A stretch of 64,000 nt of DNA from Nitrospirales bacterium (GTDB lineage: Bacteria > Nitrospirota > Nitrospiria > Nitrospirales > UBA8639). The position numbers and the translations under genes were made by a program. The stretch covers positions 1,696,001 through 1,760,000 of the forward strand of contig CBDCWC010000002.1 of assembly GCA_965223295.1 (NCBI GenBank). Direction: 5' to 3'. The notes below the pieces were generated by a model that saw only the letters and a list, made by a program, of their open reading frames with translations, was not told the origin of the DNA and did no database searches. Each line of letters opens with the position of its first letter. Positions within the stretch are counted from its first letter, which is position 1. Of the stretch, positions 60,902 to 64,000 are shown piece after piece.

Positions 60902-61273
60902 TTACAAGTTTGATGGCTCCTCAACAGTCGGGGTCTGTACTGATTCTTTTCGTTGCTGGAAGAGATCAAGCAACATAGAAATCCATACGCCTAAAAATCC
61001 ACCCATAGCCGCACCTGAAGACGCCCCAACCGTAATGGTCTCGACACCGCCGAGTCCCCAAGCTAACAATCCTCCACCAATCGTGCCCACAAATATACTG
61101 AGGAAAAACCGGCGTCCTCCAAAAAAGCCCACTCCAGCCCCCAAGCACAAACCAATCAGCAGAGCAGCAGGGAGAAACCCGACACCCATTGACAAACCCG
61201 TTAAGACCCCAACCGTGCCTAACACTGCGGCCCCAAACGCCACATCAAATATTTTTGATGCCGACATCGACAT
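60902..61273 (-). CDS. Small Gly-rich membrane protein
   Basis: About 4 TMs with GxxxG repeats; ATG 61273 directly follows the upstream stop. Confidence 0.7.
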   Translation of the reverse strand: MSMSASKIFDVAFGAAVLGTVGVLTGLSMGVGFLPAALLIGLCLGAGVGFFGGRRFFLSIFVGTIGGGLLAWGLGGVETITVGASSGAAMGGFLGVWISMLLDLFQQRKESVQTPTVEEPSNL

Positions 61274-61274
61274 A

Positions 61275-61982
61275 TTACTGTGCCTCAACCCGTATCGAAC
61301 CAAAATCAATCTCGACCGCTGAACCACCAAGCAAGGAAATCCCCCACGCTAAGGCAGCCGGCTCATGATTATGGATTTCTAGAAAATCTTCATAGACATT
61401 GATTCGTTCTTCCACCCATTCGCCAATGGGCTCTGCTCCACTACGGATCACAATTTCCGTCGAACTAAACATGCCACCCTCTTTGATCGACCCAACAGGC
61501 AACGTTCCACTCCACACATATTTGGTATTAACTGGAATAAACATTAAATCCGTGTCTAAAGACGGGTATACGGCTGCAATAAACTCTTCACCTTCAGGAA
61601 CCGCCTGCAAACGCCAGCGCCAGACCAATATCGGATGTGTTTTGGGATTCCACGTCATCTGCTTGGTATACACCCGTTGACTAGCCTTCTTTGCGCGCAG
61701 AAATGAGATATCATCCTCCTTCTGAATAGCATAGGTTTCATGAGCGGTGACCACACTGCGTTGGGCTCCCCACCCTTGAGGAAATCCTCGTTCATCTGGA
61801 CTGCCAAAATCTTCGATAAGAATGGATGCGTCGGTCGCCTTCTGACCTCCCAAACTTTGAGCCCAAACCTGGCTGGGGTTTTGGACACAGACTATAGCGA
61901 CAAAAGATGAGAAAAAAATACACTTCACATACTTTCCTATTCTACTATTGTCTTTTTGGTTACTCTGAAAAACGCCTCTCAT
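61275..61982 (-). CDS. Exported DUF3047-like protein
   Basis: P.LVWRWR, YVWS..LPVG, GEWVEE..NVYEDF pattern. Confidence 0.65.
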   Translation of the reverse strand: MRGVFQSNQKDNSRIGKYVKCIFFSSFVAIVCVQNPSQVWAQSLGGQKATDASILIEDFGSPDERGFPQGWGAQRSVVTAHETYAIQKEDDISFLRAKKASQRVYTKQMTWNPKTHPILVWRWRLQAVPEGEEFIAAVYPSLDTDLMFIPVNTKYVWSGTLPVGSIKEGGMFSSTEIVIRSGAEPIGEWVEERINVYEDFLEIHNHEPAALAWGISLLGGSAVEIDFGSIRVEAQ

Positions 61983-63841
61983 GCTGATTCCTCTTGTGAT
62001 AAGACTTGAACGACTGGTGTGGACCGAACTGATTGGGCTGTACGTTGTTCACTCACCCGATGATCCCAACGGCTCAACCAAAATACAAAAAATACCGCTG
62101 ACCAAAAAGTAATCATATTTATCGTCACCATCTTCGCGGCAAACCCTAAAGAAGGAGTATATGCCCAGGGAGATTGATCTTGCATCAATTCATTCACATG
62201 CCATTCCAATCGTCCCGCTGACCGGATGTACCCCATCAACCCCATCACCCAAGAGAATGCCGCCGCGACAATAAGAAGAGCCACCATTCCACGTGAAGTA
62301 ATATGACCCCATTGGACCGGGCCGATGACTTTTGCACCACGCAGCAACAAACTATTGAGAAGAATCCCACCAACAACCACCGTCGCAGTTGTGACACCTT
62401 GCGGAGTCGACAGTCCCACTCGAACATTCGCCGGGATATAAAATCCATAAATAGCCAACCACACGATATTTCCAATCCCCAAAATAAAAAGGAGCCCAAG
62501 AAAAATATTTCCCCAAGCAGCCCATGACACAGTAACAACTCTATTGGCCCTTCGGTATAGGATAAAACTCAGCGCCGTTAAACAAATCATGACATTAATG
62601 GCACCATTTTTCGCCGACATCACCCCGAACTGCCCAATAACCGGATGTTGAGCGGCACCCATGGCCTTCATCTCGCTTGCACTTGTCGCTAACGTATGAG
62701 GGGTAAACCACACCAGAAAACATGCCATTAACGCAAAGACAATCGCCTTAAAATATGGATGAAACCGGTCACCTGCTCGTAAGCGAGCTAAAGATTGCCA
62801 AATATAATAATTAATTCCAAGAAACAACACACCAACAGTAATAGCTTGCAGCACAAACAACCATGACAGCATACCTCCCATCATCGTCACTCCCATATGC
62901 TGCCGAAATTCAAACACCGCACGCATGAGCCAATATCCGGCAATGGGCATAGGCAGAAGGGCGCAGACCATCACAACCATAAAAACATATCCCACCCAAT
63001 CATAGTAAGCACGATCTTCAGCTGTTTGAGATTTAAAAAATCGATAGGCCGCATAGGCCACAACCACGGCTCCTCCAGACATGATGTCCGCTAAAAATCG
63101 GTGCGCATTCAACGGATTCCAGAGAGGCGAATGCAAGAGATGCCAGACATTTCCTAAGAAATGCCCTTGAGCATCCACTCCCGAAGGCGCCATCATAAAC
63201 GACGCCCAGGCGTTGGCTGACAATAAGAGGATGACACCTGTCGCATTCACGACCACACCAAGAGACATATGAAGCCACTTTCCCGACTGCGACTTCAAGG
63301 AATCCCAGGTATAGTAATAGAGTGCTAGCAAGAAGGCTTCTGCAACAAACACAGCCGCATACAGTGGCATCAAAGACTTAAAGGTAGACCCCATATAATC
63401 CATGAACCCTGGATATAACGTCACAAAAAGACCTAGCATCACGGCACCCAACACCGCCGTAATCGACAAGGACAGTAACCCAACACGTAAAATGTCGTGA
63501 GCCAGTCCATCAAACTGCTCTCGAGCTCCTTCCTTTTTCCGAGTGACTCCTAAGAACTCCAGCAAAAGACTGAATAGCGGGAGAGCTAGGACAAAACCTC
63601 CAAAGTAGGTATGTTGCTGAGTCACAAACCACACTATTAAACGATTATTCACAAACGGGAGATTTGAATAACTCTGAGGACTTTCTGCGGCAGCAGGCCC
63701 CTCTATCGTCCCAGGAGTTTGGTAAAAAATATCCTGTGGGTCTTCTACGAGGCTTGCACCATCCAGCTCAACAGCCCAAGACGGTCCGACAAAAAATAGA
63801 AACACCGTCAACAGGCCCCATAATATTTGGCGTATCAACAT
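61979..63841 (-). CDS. Cytochrome bd-like oxidase large subunit, second paralogue
   Basis: Colinear with 56293..58299: QQHTYFG, LNAHR, TPH, QHPVIG, MSAKN, MGLMGYIRS..WHV. Confidence 0.85.
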   Translation of the reverse strand: MLIRQILWGLLTVFLFFVGPSWAVELDGASLVEDPQDIFYQTPGTIEGPAAAESPQSYSNLPFVNNRLIVWFVTQQHTYFGGFVLALPLFSLLLEFLGVTRKKEGAREQFDGLAHDILRVGLLSLSITAVLGAVMLGLFVTLYPGFMDYMGSTFKSLMPLYAAVFVAEAFLLALYYYTWDSLKSQSGKWLHMSLGVVVNATGVILLLSANAWASFMMAPSGVDAQGHFLGNVWHLLHSPLWNPLNAHRFLADIMSGGAVVVAYAAYRFFKSQTAEDRAYYDWVGYVFMVVMVCALLPMPIAGYWLMRAVFEFRQHMGVTMMGGMLSWLFVLQAITVGVLFLGINYYIWQSLARLRAGDRFHPYFKAIVFALMACFLVWFTPHTLATSASEMKAMGAAQHPVIGQFGVMSAKNGAINVMICLTALSFILYRRANRVVTVSWAAWGNIFLGLLFILGIGNIVWLAIYGFYIPANVRVGLSTPQGVTTATVVVGGILLNSLLLRGAKVIGPVQWGHITSRGMVALLIVAAAFSWVMGLMGYIRSAGRLEWHVNELMQDQSPWAYTPSLGFAAKMVTINMITFWSAVFFVFWLSRWDHRVSEQRTAQSVRSTPVVQVLSQEESA

Positions 63842-63844
63842 GAA

Positions 63845-64000
63845 TCAATTCACGACATTGCTATGCTGGACGGGAACTTCTGCCAAAGTTGGAATCGATT
63901 CTGGAGATTTGGATTGCTGAAGCATCCCCATAACAAATGGACAACGTTGAATATTCTCAGGAATCGTGACCAGTCGCTCTTCATAAGATTTGCGCCACCC
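63845..64000 (-). CDS. 3' end of an unidentified CDS entering from the right edge
   Basis: Open frame GWRKSYEERLVTIPENIQRCPF...NVVN* ending 3 nt before the next ATG. Confidence 0.5.
   Translation of the reverse strand, partial: GWRKSYEERLVTIPENIQRCPFVMGMLQQSKSPESIPTLAEVPVQHSNVVN

Noticed and set aside
60849-61322. Pro-rich plus-strand ORF of 157 aa
   Set aside because: Antisense mirror of the Gly-rich membrane protein that fits the operon
1-64000. rRNA, tRNA, transposase, integrase, prophage, nxrA/nxrB and sigma54 -24/-12 sites
   Set aside because: None recognised by eye; tRNAscan, Infernal and motif scans are needed to exclude short elements

Overview
Bacterial chromosome segment, very probably from a nitrite-oxidizing member of the Nitrospirales (inferred from the gene set and order; no marker gene is present). 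Almost all genes lie on the minus strand. (1) 1-18.8 kb: surface polysaccharide (O-antigen-like) locus with an edge-truncated GT4 gene missing from the ORF track, a methyltransferase with a coiled-coil tail, wzt/wzm, GDP-heptose genes (hddA, hddC, a frameshifted gmhA), a ColD-type dehydratase, an fcl/ColC-like reductase, a minimal split TPP enzyme, a B12 radical SAM enzyme, a WaaL-like ligase and kdsD. (2) 19-24.4 kb: accessory genes and ilvD. (3) 24.4-39 kb: nitrite oxidoreductase (NXR)-associated region with two pentaheme cytochromes, a PDZ protein, two EbdC/NxrC-like subunits, an NHL protein, TatA, a TPR protein, a membrane protein, a B12 radical SAM enzyme, a TorD/DmsD chaperone, a ferredoxin and an HExxH/Cys4 protein; nxrAB are not in the window. 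(4) 39-52 kb: WD40 protein, sigma54 two-component system, secF-secD-yajC-tgt-argS, mobA. (5) 52-64 kb: 'cytochrome bd-like' oxidase cluster with two CydA-like paralogues, no cydB, c-type cytochromes, a diheme NxrC-like protein, two FGE-fold proteins and a DUF3047-like protein. Main observations beyond the ORF track: two small membrane-protein genes behind a perfect-consensus sigma70 promoter at the head of the bd-like oxidase operon; a high-GC two-gene block inside that operon; nested MITE-like repeats bracketing torD-nxrC; and a candidate branched/deoxy-sugar pathway with signs of decay. All calls are by eye; no searches were run.
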